The notes: generated by a model not told the origin, from the letters alone. A stretch of 62,830 bases of DNA, filler included, from 12 parts of 12 records of this genome joined end to end with filler, not necessarily neighbours in it; one strand, 5' to 3'; shown: positions 10,439 through 22,777, counted from the first letter of the whole stretch. A program made the numbers and translations.

Positions 10439-13400
10439 ATGAAGCGCTTCAGCAGCTCGTGCCTGTTGGCCGTGCTCGCCACACTGGCAGCCCCTGGCTC
10501 CGCCCAGATGAGCGCGGTGCTCGGTATTGACCTCGGCACCCAGTTCTTCAAGGCACCTGGGCCAGGGGCGCGGGCCGCCAGCGCCGGGCAGGTGGCTTAC
10601 GTGAAGACCGGCAGTTTCGACCTGGTGCTCAACGAGGCGTCCAAACGCAAAACCTTCACTGCGATCGGCCTGAGCGAGGGCGAGCGGTTCGTCGGCGACA
10701 CCGCCAACACGCTGGTCAGCAGCGGGTGGCGGGCAGGGCGTCTGAGCCCCGGGCGGCAGCGACAGCGATACCCGGACCGGGTGATAGCCAAATTCCAACG
10801 GCTCATCGGCCGGCTGGCGGACGACCCGACGCTGGACGAGGCAGCCCGCCGGTCGGGGGTCGGGCTGATTGCGGGCGGCAGTATGGGTTTGGTTCCTACG
10901 ACTTGCCTTTTAAGATGGAGAAACACCCGGAGCGCGGGACAGTTCTGATCGAGCTCGGCTCCGGCGAGAAGTTCCAGCCGGAGGAGGCGCTCGGGTACCT
11001 GCTCTCCTACATCAGGGACATTGCTCAGACCCACCTGGAGCAGACAGTGAGAAGCTGTCCAACGTTGCTGGGCCAGCGCGCGGCCAGGTGTCAGAATGTG
11101 TGATCACGGTGCCGCCGTTCATGACCGAGCACGAGCGCCGGCTGGTGCACGACGCCGGTGCGGCCGTGGCCAGGCCTGATGGGCTGAGTGTGAGGTGCAG
11201 CCCAGCTGGTTGGTCTCAAGGTGCTCATGTTACTGAACGACAACACCGCGGCCGCTCTCAGGCACGGGATCGAGTCCCCGATGCCGCCCGGGAAGGAGAC
11301 CAATGTGCTGTTCGTCGACGTGGGCGCGAGCCACATGACCAACACAATTGTGACCTATTTCAGCCAGAATGTGTCGACCTATGAGCCGCCGGTGCTTTCC
11401 GGAGGCGGCGGCGGGTTGACGGCGGGCAGGTGCCATCGATGGACATCAAAGCGGTGACGTTTGACGCCACTGTGGGCGGGTCGAGCTTCGACCGTGTGTT
11501 CACCTCGCACCTGGCTCAGCAGTTCAACGAGCAGCACAACAAGAAGATCGAGGAGCACCCGAAGGCGATGATGAAGCTGGCCAAGGAGGCTGAGAAGGTC
11601 AAGAGCGTGCTGTCGGCCAACCAGGAGACGATGGTGATGGTCGAGTCCCTGCTTGACGATGTCGACTTCAAATACAAGGTGTACGAGCGCTCGCTGGCTG
11701 CAGCCGACTAGGCCGGGCAGATTACCCGCAGCCAATTCGAGGAGCTCTGTGCTGAACTGTTCACCAAACTCGAGGCCCCGATCAGCGAAGTGATCCGCAA
11801 GTCCGGACTCAAGCCGAGCGAGATCGAGCAGGTCTGCCACCGATTGCAGCCTAGCCGAGGGAGAGGCAGGTCGTACCATTCGGAGCTGCCACCCGGATGC
11901 CCAGGCTGCAGACCGCTGTGCTCAAGGCCACCGAGCGAGACAGCTGGACCCCGCGGGTGGGCGCGGCCCGAGTGCCCCAGCTAAGCGCTGTGCAGATCAA
12001 CACTGACGAGGCTGCTGCGCTGGGCGCTGCTTTCGTGGCCGCAAACTTCAGCAAGAGCTTCAAGCTCCGTAAGTATTACGTCTACGATCGGTTCCCCTTC
12101 TCAGGTGGCCTGCCGCCCTGCCGCACGCTGAGCGTCTGCCCGCAGTGGGTGTGTCGATCAACGGGAAGGAAGCCACGCTGTTCAAGCCTGACTCGGGCAT
12201 GGAAGCCAAGAAGACGCTCACCCAGCCCATTGACGACAAGATCAAACAAGAGGACAAGCTTGTCCTCTCGCTCCAGTACGACGACAAGTCTGTGCTCCCC
12301 CTCAGTGACCAAGCCTTTGACTACCCAATGGGTCTTGCCGAGTACACCGTGACCGGGATCAACGCAGCGCTCGCCAAGCATGTGAACGTGACTGGCGAAC
12401 CCAAGGTGACGCTCGCGATTGGACTCGGGGCCGACGGGATTGTGGATCTGATCCACGCGGACGCCAAGATCCACTCGATGGATCTGGTCAAGAAGCAGCG
12501 TTTTGTCAAGAAGAACGTGACTGTCGAGCAGTGAGTGCTCTGGCCAGCCCAGTGCTCACTCCAGACTGGCAGGTGGGTGCCACTGAACGAAACTGAGGCC
12601 GACAACAGCACGAACGGCACTGAGACCGCCGAGGCAAAACCTGAAGAGCCTGAGAAGCCTGCAGAGCCCGAGGCTGCCGAGAAGCCGGCTGAGCCGGAGG
12701 CCGCTGCAGCCAATGAGACTGCAGACGGTTCGAACGCGTCGAACGACACCAACACGAGCAAGCCCAAGATCCCTCGGGGTAAGCTTGTGAATGTGACCAA
12801 GGAGAAGACCGTAGAGGTGTGGGAGGAGACTCTACAGAAGGTTCTGCACATGGAGCCTCTCAACGTGACTCGAGCGCACAAGGGAGTCCCGAGCATGAGT
12901 GACGAAGAATTTACAGTGAGTCTGAGCAGTCGAGCCTGCTCTAACCGGTTGGCAGGCGGCATCCAAACGGCACAAGACTCTTGTGGCGGAGGAGAAGGAG
13001 CGGGTGGCTAAGATTAACGCTAAGAACGAGGTGGAGGCGTGGATCTTTGGCTCTAGACAGAAGCTGGGCGAGGATGGGATGGAGACCGTGTCGACTGAGG
13101 AGGAGCGAGAGAAGATCAGCAAGTTGCTAGAGGATGGCGAAGAGTGGCTGTGGGAGGATGGCGAGGACGTGGCCACTGAAGTGTACAAGGCCAAGAAGAA
13201 AGAGATGCTCGATACAGTCAAGAGCGTCTTCATGCGATTCGATGAGCTCGACAGGCGGGCCGAGGCTACCAAGAAGTTCAGCACGGTGGTTGAAGACGCA
13301 CGGTGCCAACACTCCCTCGTGCCCGATGAACTCATGGTCTGGTTGCAGTGAGCGGATCGCCAACTGGACGGCTCGTGAGGAGAAGCGGGTTGCCGCGAAC

Positions 13401-13786
13401 GAGAGCAGCTGGATCCACAAGAACGAGACTGACAGGCTGACCAAGATGGTAGACGACGCTGACGCCTGGCTCAAGGTGGCTGGGCTGGTCGGGATCGGCT
13501 GAGGCGGCGGGCTGTGCAGGAGAAGCAAGAAGAGCTGGAGAAGGCTGGGCTGCTGGTCGACCCGCCGTTCACTGCTAGGGAAGTAGAGCAGCAAATCCGA
13601 CCGGTCCAGAGCGAAGTCGAGTACCTGCGCTACCGGCCCAAGCCCAGATCGAAGCGTAAGCCAGTGCCCAAGAACGCAACTAAAAACGCGACCAGCAACA
13701 GCAGCAATACGACTAGCAATGCGACCGAGCCGGATGCGAGCGAGGCAAATGCGAGCACTCCTGAACCGGCCAAAGATGACCTCTAG
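10439..13786 (+). CDS. HYOU1: Hypoxia up-regulated protein 1 / GRP170 (ER Hsp70-family nucleotide exchange factor), about 14 introns
   Basis: Signal peptide, VLGIDLGTQFFK|VA, LNEASKRKT, CVITVPP, LLNDNTAAAL, DVGAS, AEKVKSVLSANQE, INTDEAAALGA, acidic insertion, and C-terminal KDDL ER-retention signal. Confidence 0.93.
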
Positions 13787-14153
13787 GTCACAAGATGACT
13801 TGTGATTTATGCGCAATCAACCAATCGCTTGACTTCACCCTTAAGCTTGATTGATTGGTTGGGCATCCACAGTGCAATCTGTAGAGACACCGTAGCTCTA
13901 GACACCGTAATGGTTAGACATTTAGTGATTATTTAGGAAGATTACGTACAATATTGAAGATGACTACGTATTTAATGATACTTGTACATGTAAGTCATAA
14001 TTATACTATAGTCTAATTTGATTGTACTTGCTCAATCTTGAGGTGTCGGAGGCGAGCTCGGCGGCGTTTATACATGTACATGATTGTTATGGAGTTTATT
14101 GATTGCTTCAAATGAGTTTTTGGTTTTTCAGCCTAATAAGTAGGTGAATGTGA

Positions 14154-14253
14154 NNNNNNNNNNNNNNNNNNNNNNNNNNNNNNNNNNNNNNNNNNNNTTA
14201 ATTAATTAANNNNNNNNNNNNNNNNNNNNNNNNNNNNNNNNNNNNNNNNNNNN
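14154..14253. other. Artificial contig spacer
   Basis: N44-TTAATTAATTAA-N44. Confidence 0.98.
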
Positions 14254-14962
14254 CGGGCTGAGATAGCCGGGAACGTCAGCAGCGCGTACTTGCTCCTTCG
14301 TAGAGGGCCCCAATGTGCCCATATCACAGGAAGCGCTTACTCTATCCGAGGGATCGCATCGCCTCGCGAGCATCGTGCCAGTATACCAATCAGCCGATGA
14401 CGACGAGATGCCCGATTTAAAACGGCTTCCTGACAAGGCGTTTTTGCAAGCAGCAGGGTTCAAGTCATGCAGTTATCAGAGCCACAAGTTTATGAGCTAC
14501 AGTGAGTGGGAGGCACAGAAGACAACAAGCGGCCAGCTCTTGAACACACAACAAGCGTGGTTGGATTCAGCAGAAGTAGATCCAGAGAATGCTTGTGCAC
14601 ACTTTCGGGATGGCAAGCCTCAATGCTCCAAGGAGCAAATGACCTCAAACTGGTTCATGGAACCATACTTTATTGCAAAGAAGCAGGCACTGCCAGAATA
14701 TGACAGCATCATTGACTATGGGACGTGGGACAAATTGGAGCAAGTGAGTGAAATGGCCAGTTGTTGCTGGCAATTCGCCGTCAACCCGCTAGTGTATTTG
14801 TTCAATCCACTTGTTCATGTCGACAATAGTGATTTGCTAGAGGAACCGAAGGAGCGAGTTGAAGAGCACCGTGGTGAGGATTTGGAACGGGGACAGTATT
14901 ACCAGTGGGTGCACCACATGAATTGGGTCAAAGCACGGGCTCAACAGAATTGTTGTCTATAG
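14254..14962 (+). CDS. GT49 / LARGE-like glycosyltransferase, C-terminal part (5' partial)
   Basis: MEPYFIAKKQALPEYDSIIDYGTWDKLEQVSEM...WQFAVNPLVYL resembles the GT49 EPY...P-x-FD...YG-x-NK...F-x-V-x-P motif. Confidence 0.6.
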
Positions 14963-15272
14963 TGGCATTATAATTATACGTAGCACCTTGCACAATATGA
15001 ACAATACTCGTACAGGATTTTAACTGAAAATCAGTTAACTGTTTACGGGTCTGGCGTGGAAACTGAATGCAGACTTACATAGTAATGTTCAGGTGCTTGA
15101 CAGATCTAGACATTTGAAAGTGCACATCATCATTGGTTGAGGTCGCAATGAATTCAACGATTCAATCGTGGATCTTGTCCGCAGCAGCTGTACGCCCATT
15201 TTGCCTGGACAAGTTCAGTTCATCAGCTTGCCATCGAAGCCCAGGGCTGCGGTCCAGCCGCTGGCCACCGGT

Positions 15273-16121
15273 ATGGCCGAGCCTCAGATGAACCTTGTAT
15301 GTCCACCCGTCGCCTGTCCCCTGGTCGGCTTTCCACCGGTGCCGATAGACCACTTGGAGGGGCCCGCGGCGCCTGCAGACGCCCTGCCTGCGGCACAGGA
15401 CCATCTGGCAGTGGCCGATCTGGCCAGCTGGCTTTGCACCCAGAAGGCCCTGTGGAGACAACGCCGCAAACCCACTGAGCCAGAACCGCGGCCAGCCAAG
15501 CGGCGCAAGAAAGCTGGCGAGGGCGGCGGGGCTGATTGGAATAACCGTCGGTGGAACGAGTGGTATGAGCTGCTGCTCGCCTGGGGCGACGACCCGGACG
15601 GCGGCAAAGGCATGCATTACAACGTGCCACTGGCCACCGTCTACCGCGGGCGCAAGCTCGGGATTTGGCTCCAGAACCAGGTGCCACAGCCCTGGGCGGC
15701 TCGGCACCGAGGGCGGGGCAGCGCGCTCAGGTCCGTGGAACCGGGTACGCGCTACCGGCTGCGCGGCGAGCGAAACTCGAGGTGCCGGCACTGCGGAGGG
15801 AGTGGGGCGGTGAAGTGCTGGCAGGCGATGATCGCAGCAGGGAAGCTCAAGATCAGACAGGGGCCCAATAAGCGGACCCATCGCAAACCGGCCGCTAACG
15901 TTGAGCTCCAACCCCCTGATGAGCCTACCAACCTGACGGTGCCGATGGTCGTCGAGCCGGTCTGCATTCCAGAGACAATCAAGAGTCCACCAATTGTTGC
16001 ACCTAGCGTTAAGCTCGCGAGTGTGTACCCTGAGCTTGTCGGTGAGAGCGTATCAATCGGCACACATCATGTCACACACGTCACACACGTACCGATCGCC
16101 GAACCCCATCACCTAATATGA
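15273..16121 (+). CDS. Helicase-associated (HA) domain protein, 2 introns
   Basis: WNEWYELLLAW...HYNVPLATVYRGRKLGIWLQNQ|R...RRAKLE|AM matches the HA repeat. Introns of 41 and 43 nt restore the frame. Basic NLS-like PAKRRKK. Confidence 0.65.
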   Translation: MAEPQMNLVCPPVACPLVGFPPVPIDHLEGPAAPADALPAAQDHLAVADLASWLCTQKALWRQRRKPTEPEPRPAKRRKKAGEGGGADWNNRRWNEWYELLLAWGDDPDGGKGMHYNVPLATVYRGRKLGIWLQNQVPQPWAARHRGRGSALRSVEPGTRYRLRGERNSRCRHCGGSGAVKCWQAMIAAGKLKIRQGPNKRTHRKPAANVELQPPDEPTNLTVPMVVEPVCIPETIKSPPIVAPSVKLASVYPELVGESVSIGTHHVTHVTHVPIAEPHHLI

Positions 16122-16303
16122 TATGAGGCTCGAATGAATCTTCGTAAAATTCGTAACTTTATATCACTTTAGCATTGAAGGCCGATGACTAGCGATGATG
16201 TGTAATATGCTAAACCTAGCGTACTTACGACTACGAGTATGAGTATTGATTAATTAAACGCGTACAGAGTAACCGATTCAGTGATTTTCAATACAAGCAA
16301 TGC

Positions 16304-16889
16304 TCAAGTGCCGGAGCCGAGGTCAATTAGACTGGTTATGATGCCACGGTGGTCACGAGGCGTGGCGTGACAGCCCCCTAGAAAGCCCCCTTGCGGCACT
16401 AGCGCGGATTGTTGAGGCCGCGCTCGTGGCCATGCAGCCGTCGGGTCCAGGGACGAGGACGGCCGAGCTGGCAGCGCGAGTTTGGGCGGGTGCGACTGGC
16501 TGGATCTACGACGAGCACGATCGGGAGCGGGCTGTTCGGAGGGCGTTCTGACGTACTCGGCCAGTGGCTGGGGCGGTCTCCTAAACTGCACGGGCTCGTG
16601 CTTGACTCTCCAGACTCTTCGCACGTAAGCCTGCCACCCCCCAGTCAACGCGGCTACTGATGGCCAGTACCTCCAGCTGTAGCCTGCGCGCTCGGGCTGC
16701 TGAGGACAGCGCCAATGGCGGCAGCCCATGCCGGGGTACCCTAGCAGCACCCAAAGGCCGGGAGTGCTGATGGCTGATGCTCACCCGCATCCCGGGGCCC
16801 ACCCTGACCGCCCCGGTGCTCCAGCATGGGCCCGCAGACGGCCGGAAGCTCCCCTCGTCAGCCTGAGACCCGCTGACCTGCTCCGCCAT
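16304..16889 (-). CDS. Hypothetical protein
   Basis: GC-rich block flanked by AT-rich spacers, with two overlapping minus-strand ORFs joinable by a short intron. No recognised domain. Confidence 0.3.
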
Positions 16890-17180
16890 AGCAAGGGGCG
16901 CTGGCCGTCACTTTTTTGGGCTGTCCCTTTGTGGGCACATGCACGTGTTCAGTGGATGCAGTAAAGATCGATGTACAACGGAGTCTTTATAATTATAGGC
17001 TTGCTTATACTACGTACTGTAATGATGGGTGTGATTGGAAATCGGAATAACTAACAGATTCTAGTGTGGGGCCCCCACCGGTGACGGAGTTTGTTAATAG
17101 GATCATCGTCAACCTTAACAACAATCGAACAATAGGCGTTTACAAGTGTGGTGGTGAGTGGGGCCGGGCTGTGCTGGTAG

Positions 17181-18745
17181 CTAATAGCGCTTTGTGAAGC
17201 CCACCGTGCTGCAGCTGCGCTCGTGGGGCAGCACCGCGGCCAGCACTTGGTCCCAGTTGGGCTCAGCCTGGTCGTCCACTAGTTTGGCATCAAACTGCCG
17301 GAAGAACAACCCGACCAGCGTAGGGATCTCAAGAAGCGCCAGGAACTTGCCCGAGCACGAGTACCGGCCCAGGCTGAACGGGAACCAGCTCCGGTCGCCC
17401 ATCGAGTCGAGCGGGGAGCGCACCCCGGGCTCGAGCCACCGCTCCGGCCTGAACACCTCCGGGCTAGGGTACAGCGCTTCGTCGTAGTGCACAACGTATG
17501 AGGCCACACTGATCATGTCGCCCTTGGGCAGCCTGTACCGCACCCCGGCCCCGGTGGTGATCGTGCAATCTCGCGAGACCTGTCCCCCAGGCTGACTCAC
17601 TCCTCGATCGGGCGTTGCCTTCCGGTGGGTCAGGATCGCCACGTACATCCGGAGGGTCTCCTTCAGGCAGGCCCGCACATACGGCATGGTCTCGGCCGAC
17701 ACCTCGTAGTGCCCGCGGTCGTCCGGCATCTTGCTGAACGGTCCATGCCGCACCTCGTGTTCGACCTTGGCTCGCACCTCCGGGTTCCTCAAGATCTCCA
17801 ACATCATCCAGAAGCTCAGCGGCAGCGTGTTCGCCTGCGCCGCCCAGAACAGTGACACCATGAACGCCGCCCGGTTGTCGTCTGAGATCGCTGGGTCGCC
17901 GGCCAGCACCGCAGTCCTTGCCTTGAACACTGGTGCCTGGTCTGTCCGGTGCACCCCGCGCGCGATCCCATCCCGGAACAGCGCCCTGATCTGCTCCAGC
18001 GCCGCCTGATGCTCCGGGAACAGACTCCGCGGGGCCCCGCCGGTGATGGCCGGCAGCGCCTCGTCGAACTGGAAGAAAAGATCCTGCGAGCCAGTGAGCC
18101 GGCCGTCCAGCAGGCTGCGCACCTTGGCCATTGGGCATCGGGCGGGCGAGATGGTCTGGTCGCCGTACAGGTGCTGGTTGGCCGGCCAGAAGGTGCTCGA
18201 CGCCAGCTCAAACACGTCGATCTCCCCCACCGCCGGCAGCTCGGCGAACCGGCGCTCGAGCCCGGCGGCGATCTGGTCGTTGAGCGATCCGGGCTCGGCC
18301 GATTTTGTGAGCTGGGACCGGACTGCGTTGAGCCCCGCTCGGGTGTGCGCCCCGCACACCTTTGGGATCCCGAACCAGGCGTACGCGATCTTGTCCATTT
18401 CCATCTTGATCGCGTCGCCGACCTCCTCGTTCTCAGACAGCTGCCCGGCCTCAGCCCCGCCGCCCAAGCCCGCACCTCGTCCGGCTTAAACACAACATCG
18501 AACAGCGCTGGGTCGGCCACGATGGTAATGTGCCGCCCGCCGAAGATCTCGTAACGGAATACGCCGCCGAGCGCCTGTGCGTCTTCCTTGATCTCAGCCA
18601 TCGTCGGGAACAGGCTGCCCTCGCGGCAGCTGGCGGCCGGCGGCACGGGCAGCTCCGGATCAGACTGAGCCCCGCATGGCCGAAGGTGCGCCATCATCCG
18701 CTCGGCCCGCCGCACAGCCATTCCGCTGGCCTTGCGCCTTCTCAT
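17181..18745 (-). CDS. Cytochrome P450, CYP7/CYP8/CYP39-like
   Basis: I-helix FWAAQANTLP, ETLR, PERW and heme motif FSLGRYSCSG. Three introns, including a GC-AG one. Alternative start at 18721. Confidence 0.88.
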
Positions 18746-18887
18746 CAATCGAGGAGCCGAGATGGAGTACGTTACGTAGGATCATCAGTTCAAGCAGCGC
18801 GGGTATTTGCAGTACGCGCAGTACTCTAGGAATTCTACTTGCGCTATACTTGCGCATTCATTTAGCATTCATTCTAGCTATCTCCGA

Positions 18888-20207
18888 TTACAAGAACACA
18901 TCGTTTTTGTCATCCTGGGAGGAGAGATGCATCATCAGTTCGTCCTCGTCTATGACACGAGGAGAGTCAGCCAAGAACAACAAGTCATCCGACACGGCCG
19001 CCTCCGCCTTGTTTTGGGGCGGTGTTCCAAGTAGGTCTAGGAACGTTTGATCGGGCGACTGGGTGCTGCCTGCAGGCTCGACCGGCGGAGGATCGCAATG
19101 CAGCAGGTCTTGGTTGGCTGTTGCTGGTGCCTGTGTCGGGGTGAGCACCGCAGGCTCGACCACAGGTGTGGCTGCGCTCTCGCCGAGCTCTTGCTCCCCT
19201 TCAAGCCACTGCTGCGCCTCCGGGTGGTGCGCCGCCGCCTCTTGCACCACTGCGCGGATCCGTTGGTCGAAGTCTCGCCGCACCTGCCGCCAACCATCGG
19301 CTGCGAGCCCTGTGTGAGCCGGTACCTTGTCCTTGGAGCCGCCGATCTCGCCCTGAAACTGGGCCAGGTCCTTCGCCATAGTGCTCGCCTGCCGCCAGCT
19401 GCTCGAGCCACACTCGGCCTGCAGGCTGACCTCCCGCTGCTTGAGAAAAGTAGCCCGCTTAAGCTCATTCAATTTGTTGGAGTTGAGATCTCGAAGCTGT
19501 ATCAGTGCTTTGACCTCCTGCACAGCACATGCGCATGAGGACAAGGCTGGCGGCATTCGGACCTGCGACAGCCGTGTGGCGCCCTTGAAGTCCTTCATGG
19601 CCACCGCCTGCTTCTTCTGCTCCTCGATCTTTGGGATGCCCGCTTCTATTTGGACCAGTTCATCCTCCAGCGATCCAGCTTCTTTCTCACTTTCCTTAAG
19701 CTTACGATTTAACTGTGACAAGCCGAATCACAACTCCAACTCTGCATGGCGCAAATGAGCACCTGCTCAAGCGACTCGATCCACTGGGCTTCATCACTAT
19801 CGATCGCATCAAGTTCGGATTGCCTTCCAAGTTCCAAGCTTTGAACTGCAATAAAACACTCATCCTGGCTGATCATTTGAGCTCACCTTTGTGCTTCCAG
19901 GCCATCGCGTCACTCCGGCTACTCGGAGAGAGCGCGGAGGCCTGTGCAATCTGAACCGCCATCTGCTGCTCCACTTGGTTGGCCATCCGCAGCGCTTCCT
20001 CAAGAGCTGCCAGTAGAAACTTGCCCAACCCGCTACGCTGTTTTGCCTCAAAGCTCTCGAGCAACTGCACCTGGCTCCAGGAATCAATCGCCCAGGCTCA
20101 AACCAACTCACCTGTCCTTCCATCGAGCACCGCTGCTGCTGCTGCTGCTGCTGCTCCAGCTGGGCTTGGAGCTCTGTCTGAGCAGTGGAGAGCTCTTGCA
20201 GTCGAGC
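18888..20207 (-). CDS. Coiled-coil protein with UVR-like motif (5' partial)
   Basis: Heptad-rich exons, a poly-Q tract and IEEQKKQAVAMKDFKGATRLSQ|EVKAL, with several micro-introns. Confidence 0.55.
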
Positions 20208-20307
20208 NNNNNNNNNNNNNNNNNNNNNNNNNNNNNNNNNNNNNNNNNNNNTTAATTAATTAANNNNNNNNNNNNNNNNNNNNNNNNNNNNNNNNNNNNN
20301 NNNNNNN
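20208..20307. other. Artificial contig spacer
   Basis: N44-TTAATTAATTAA-N44. Confidence 0.98.
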
Positions 20308-20308
20308 C

Positions 20309-20337
20309 TGATTGATTGATTGATTGATTGATTGATT
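20309..20337. repeat. (TGAT)n microsatellite at contig edge
   Basis: About 7 perfect tetranucleotide units. Confidence 0.9.
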
Positions 20338-20492
20338 TTTCTATAAAAGAAGTATAGAGAGGGCTTGCCGTGCTGCCGAGGGCCTGATCCATACCGGACA
20401 CGGGTCTGGTTCCCAAGGCTGCTCCAACTTCCATCGATTTGACGATCCGGGCACACTGCGCGTGACTGCGACTCGAGCTCGAGCTTCAAAGA

Positions 20493-22002
20493 ATGGTCGG
20501 GTGCTGCAAAGTGGTGTCGCTGTTCATCGGAGTGCCGCTGGGGGCGCTGGTGCTGCTCATGTCGTTCGAACCGGGCCGCCAGCTCTACCTCGGTGGGCTG
20601 ATGCGCCTCCGCCGCGATTTGCTCCTCCCGACCGTGTCGGCCCGCGGCCCGAACGGCGAGATGCTTGCGGACCCCGGGCTGAGCAAGGCCATCAAGATCA
20701 TGAGCTACCCGTACCTGATCGGAGTGCTGGTCACGGGCGGGAGCGACTTCCGGCGGATCATGTTCTTCCACTGCAGAGACTTGTCCGGTGGGTATGCGGC
20801 CAAGTACGGCCCTTGGATCGACGGGGTGGCCCAATTCTCGCACAAGGCGGTAACGGACGACCAGCTGGACGTGCAGCAGCAGCGCGGGCCGTTCTTCGGT
20901 GGGCTGCTGGTCGGGGGCGCCCAGGCTGACGTGCCGTACGTCTGCATGAGCGGCTGGCAGCTAATGACCTCGACAGACAGCCCGGCGCACAGCAGGGTGC
21001 GGGCGATTCTGAGCCAGGCGGTGGCTGGGCTGGCTGCCAGCCACCATCCGACCGACTTTGATCTGGTGCTGCCGCCAGGGTTGGCTGCAGACAGCGATGC
21101 TGTTGACACTGGCACGTTGTCTAACATAGTCGGGATGAATCTCTGGAGACTCATGTTCGGGTTAAGTCACTGGGACCCTACCCTTGAGGCGCTATTCGCC
21201 GAGTACGGCAGCAAGGGGGCGCTCTGTGCAGTCGGGATCTACAAGGGCGACAAGGATAGGGTCGCCGAAATTGTCCAAGAAGTCGCGATGCGCATCGAGA
21301 AAACCTCAGTCGGTCAAAGGATTATCGAGCTCTCCTCCGCGCCGGGTGAGACGCCGTTGGAGCCAGCCAAGGTGATGAACATGGTGGCGTTTGGCTTCTT
21401 GTTCGCTGGTGTTGGAGGCACCTCGCACCTGGTGACCAACTCTGTGCTGAGGCTCCGGTCGGACCCGGCAACGTACATCCCCATGTGGCTGGCCAGCCCG
21501 CGCAATTTTCTGGTCGAGCAGGTCGCACAGGCGGGCCGGGCTGGCTTAGCCGTGGGACAGGCCCGGCTGGACCCTCCGGTCACATCTTACAACTCGTTGG
21601 TGCCCGCAGACACCACAGTGAAGATGATGGGCAAGGCTGTCAGCATAAAGAAGGGCACCAACCGGCAGGCGGCCGGGCCGAGCCAGGCCGAGGCTGACTG
21701 GGCGACAGATGTTTATTGCGACGGCCAACCGCGACCCCAAGGTGTTTGATGATGCGGATGTCTTTGACCCGTCTAGACCAAACTTAGACAAGGCAACCGC
21801 TTTGCTGATTAATATTAATACTGCTAATGCCAATACGAGCTCATTCGGTGGCCAGGTGCTCAGTTGGAATGGACCGGAGGGCTTGGTGTCGCTAGGGCAG
21901 GCGCCTCGCGGGTGCCCGGGGCACGATGTGGCGCAGTTTGTGGCTCAAAAGGTGGTCGGAAGGTTCCTGCCTGCAGGCCAGGCCGGCAAGACAGAGCTCT
22001 AG
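20493..22002 (+). CDS. Cytochrome P450 with CYP74-clan-like features, 3 introns
   Basis: N-terminal TM anchor, I-helix FLFAGVGGTS, EQ|ARLDPPV (ExxR), ANRDPKVFDDADVFDPSR, heme loop VLSWNGPEGLVSLGQAPRGCPG, and C-terminal KTEL. Confidence 0.85.
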
Positions 22003-22275
22003 ACGGCTAGACTCTGCCACCCGCAGGGACACCTAGCGTTTAGTGTATGCATGTGCGCGCGCTTCCTCTAAGCGGTGCGCCGATCAGTACATGATTGTGT
22101 ACGTCGAGCTTGATATACACTCATCAACTCACTTCTATCATACGATTGAATGAGAGTGGAAACCACATCGGATGCACATGAATGCGGCCTGCATAACGCG
22201 TCTAGGCCGAAGTGAACGAAGCTCCCCACATACTGTACTCCAATACTCGTGCCTCGTGTGCACAGCACAAAGCCA

Positions 22276-22752
22276 TCACCAGCCGGGGAACTGTTGCTGC
22301 AGCCCGAGCCCCATCCAGGCCCCGCCCAGCGCCGCCAGCAGCCCGAGCAGCACCGTGCCGTTGGTCGACTCCCGCCCAAACCCCAAGTATCCCAACGCCA
22401 GCCCCGCCTGCGACCAGCAAACAACCCCCCGCCGCTTGTACGTGCTCAGTATCTGGCCCCGGCTCTCAGCTATGGCGACCGGCCCGCGCACCAGTCCGAG
22501 CGCGAGCAGCATCAGCTGGCACCCGACCGCGCTCCAGTGCTCGCTGGACTTGTCTGCCCGCGAGAGGCCCAGCCTGCCGGCCACTGCTTGCAGTTGCATC
22601 AGCGCCCCAACGGCCTCGACGCCCCCCGCCAGCCGGGAGAGCGGGTGCCGGAGCAGCCCGGCCGCCTTCATCAGCCCGACCACCCCGAGGAAGCCAGTCA
22701 ACCACAGCAGCACCGCCGTGCCCAGCCACGTCTTGCGATCCGCCGACACCAT
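22276..22752 (-). CDS. Small multi-pass membrane protein (DoxX-like, tentative)
   Basis: Several hydrophobic helices and one in-frame 39-nt GT..CAG intron with a CTGAG branch-like site. Confidence 0.55.
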   Translation of the reverse strand: MVSADRKTWLGTAVLLWLTGFLGVVGLMKAAGLLRHPLSRLAGGVEAVGALMQLQAVAGRLGLSRADKSSEHWSAVGCQLMLLALGLVRGPVAIAESRGQILSTYKRRGVVCWSQAGLALGYLGFGRESTNGTVLLGLLAALGGAWMGLGLQQQFPGW

Positions 22753-22777
22753 CGCTCACGAACGTCCGTTGGAGCTG

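Noticed and set aside
10553-13518. Micro-introns as introner transposable elements
   Set aside because: The introns share length and composition but show no recognisable sequence identity, terminal inverted repeats or consistent target-site duplications by eye.
10439-13786. Apparent frameshifts or pseudogenisation in HYOU1, ATG2, PDIA6 and TRMT61A; alternative genetic code or RNA editing
   Set aside because: The breaks I traced are resolved by short G(T/C)..AG introns, and TAA, TAG and TGA all terminate conserved proteins at the expected positions.
17181-22002. Two P450 genes close together as a biosynthetic cluster
   Set aside because: They lie on different contigs separated by an artificial spacer.
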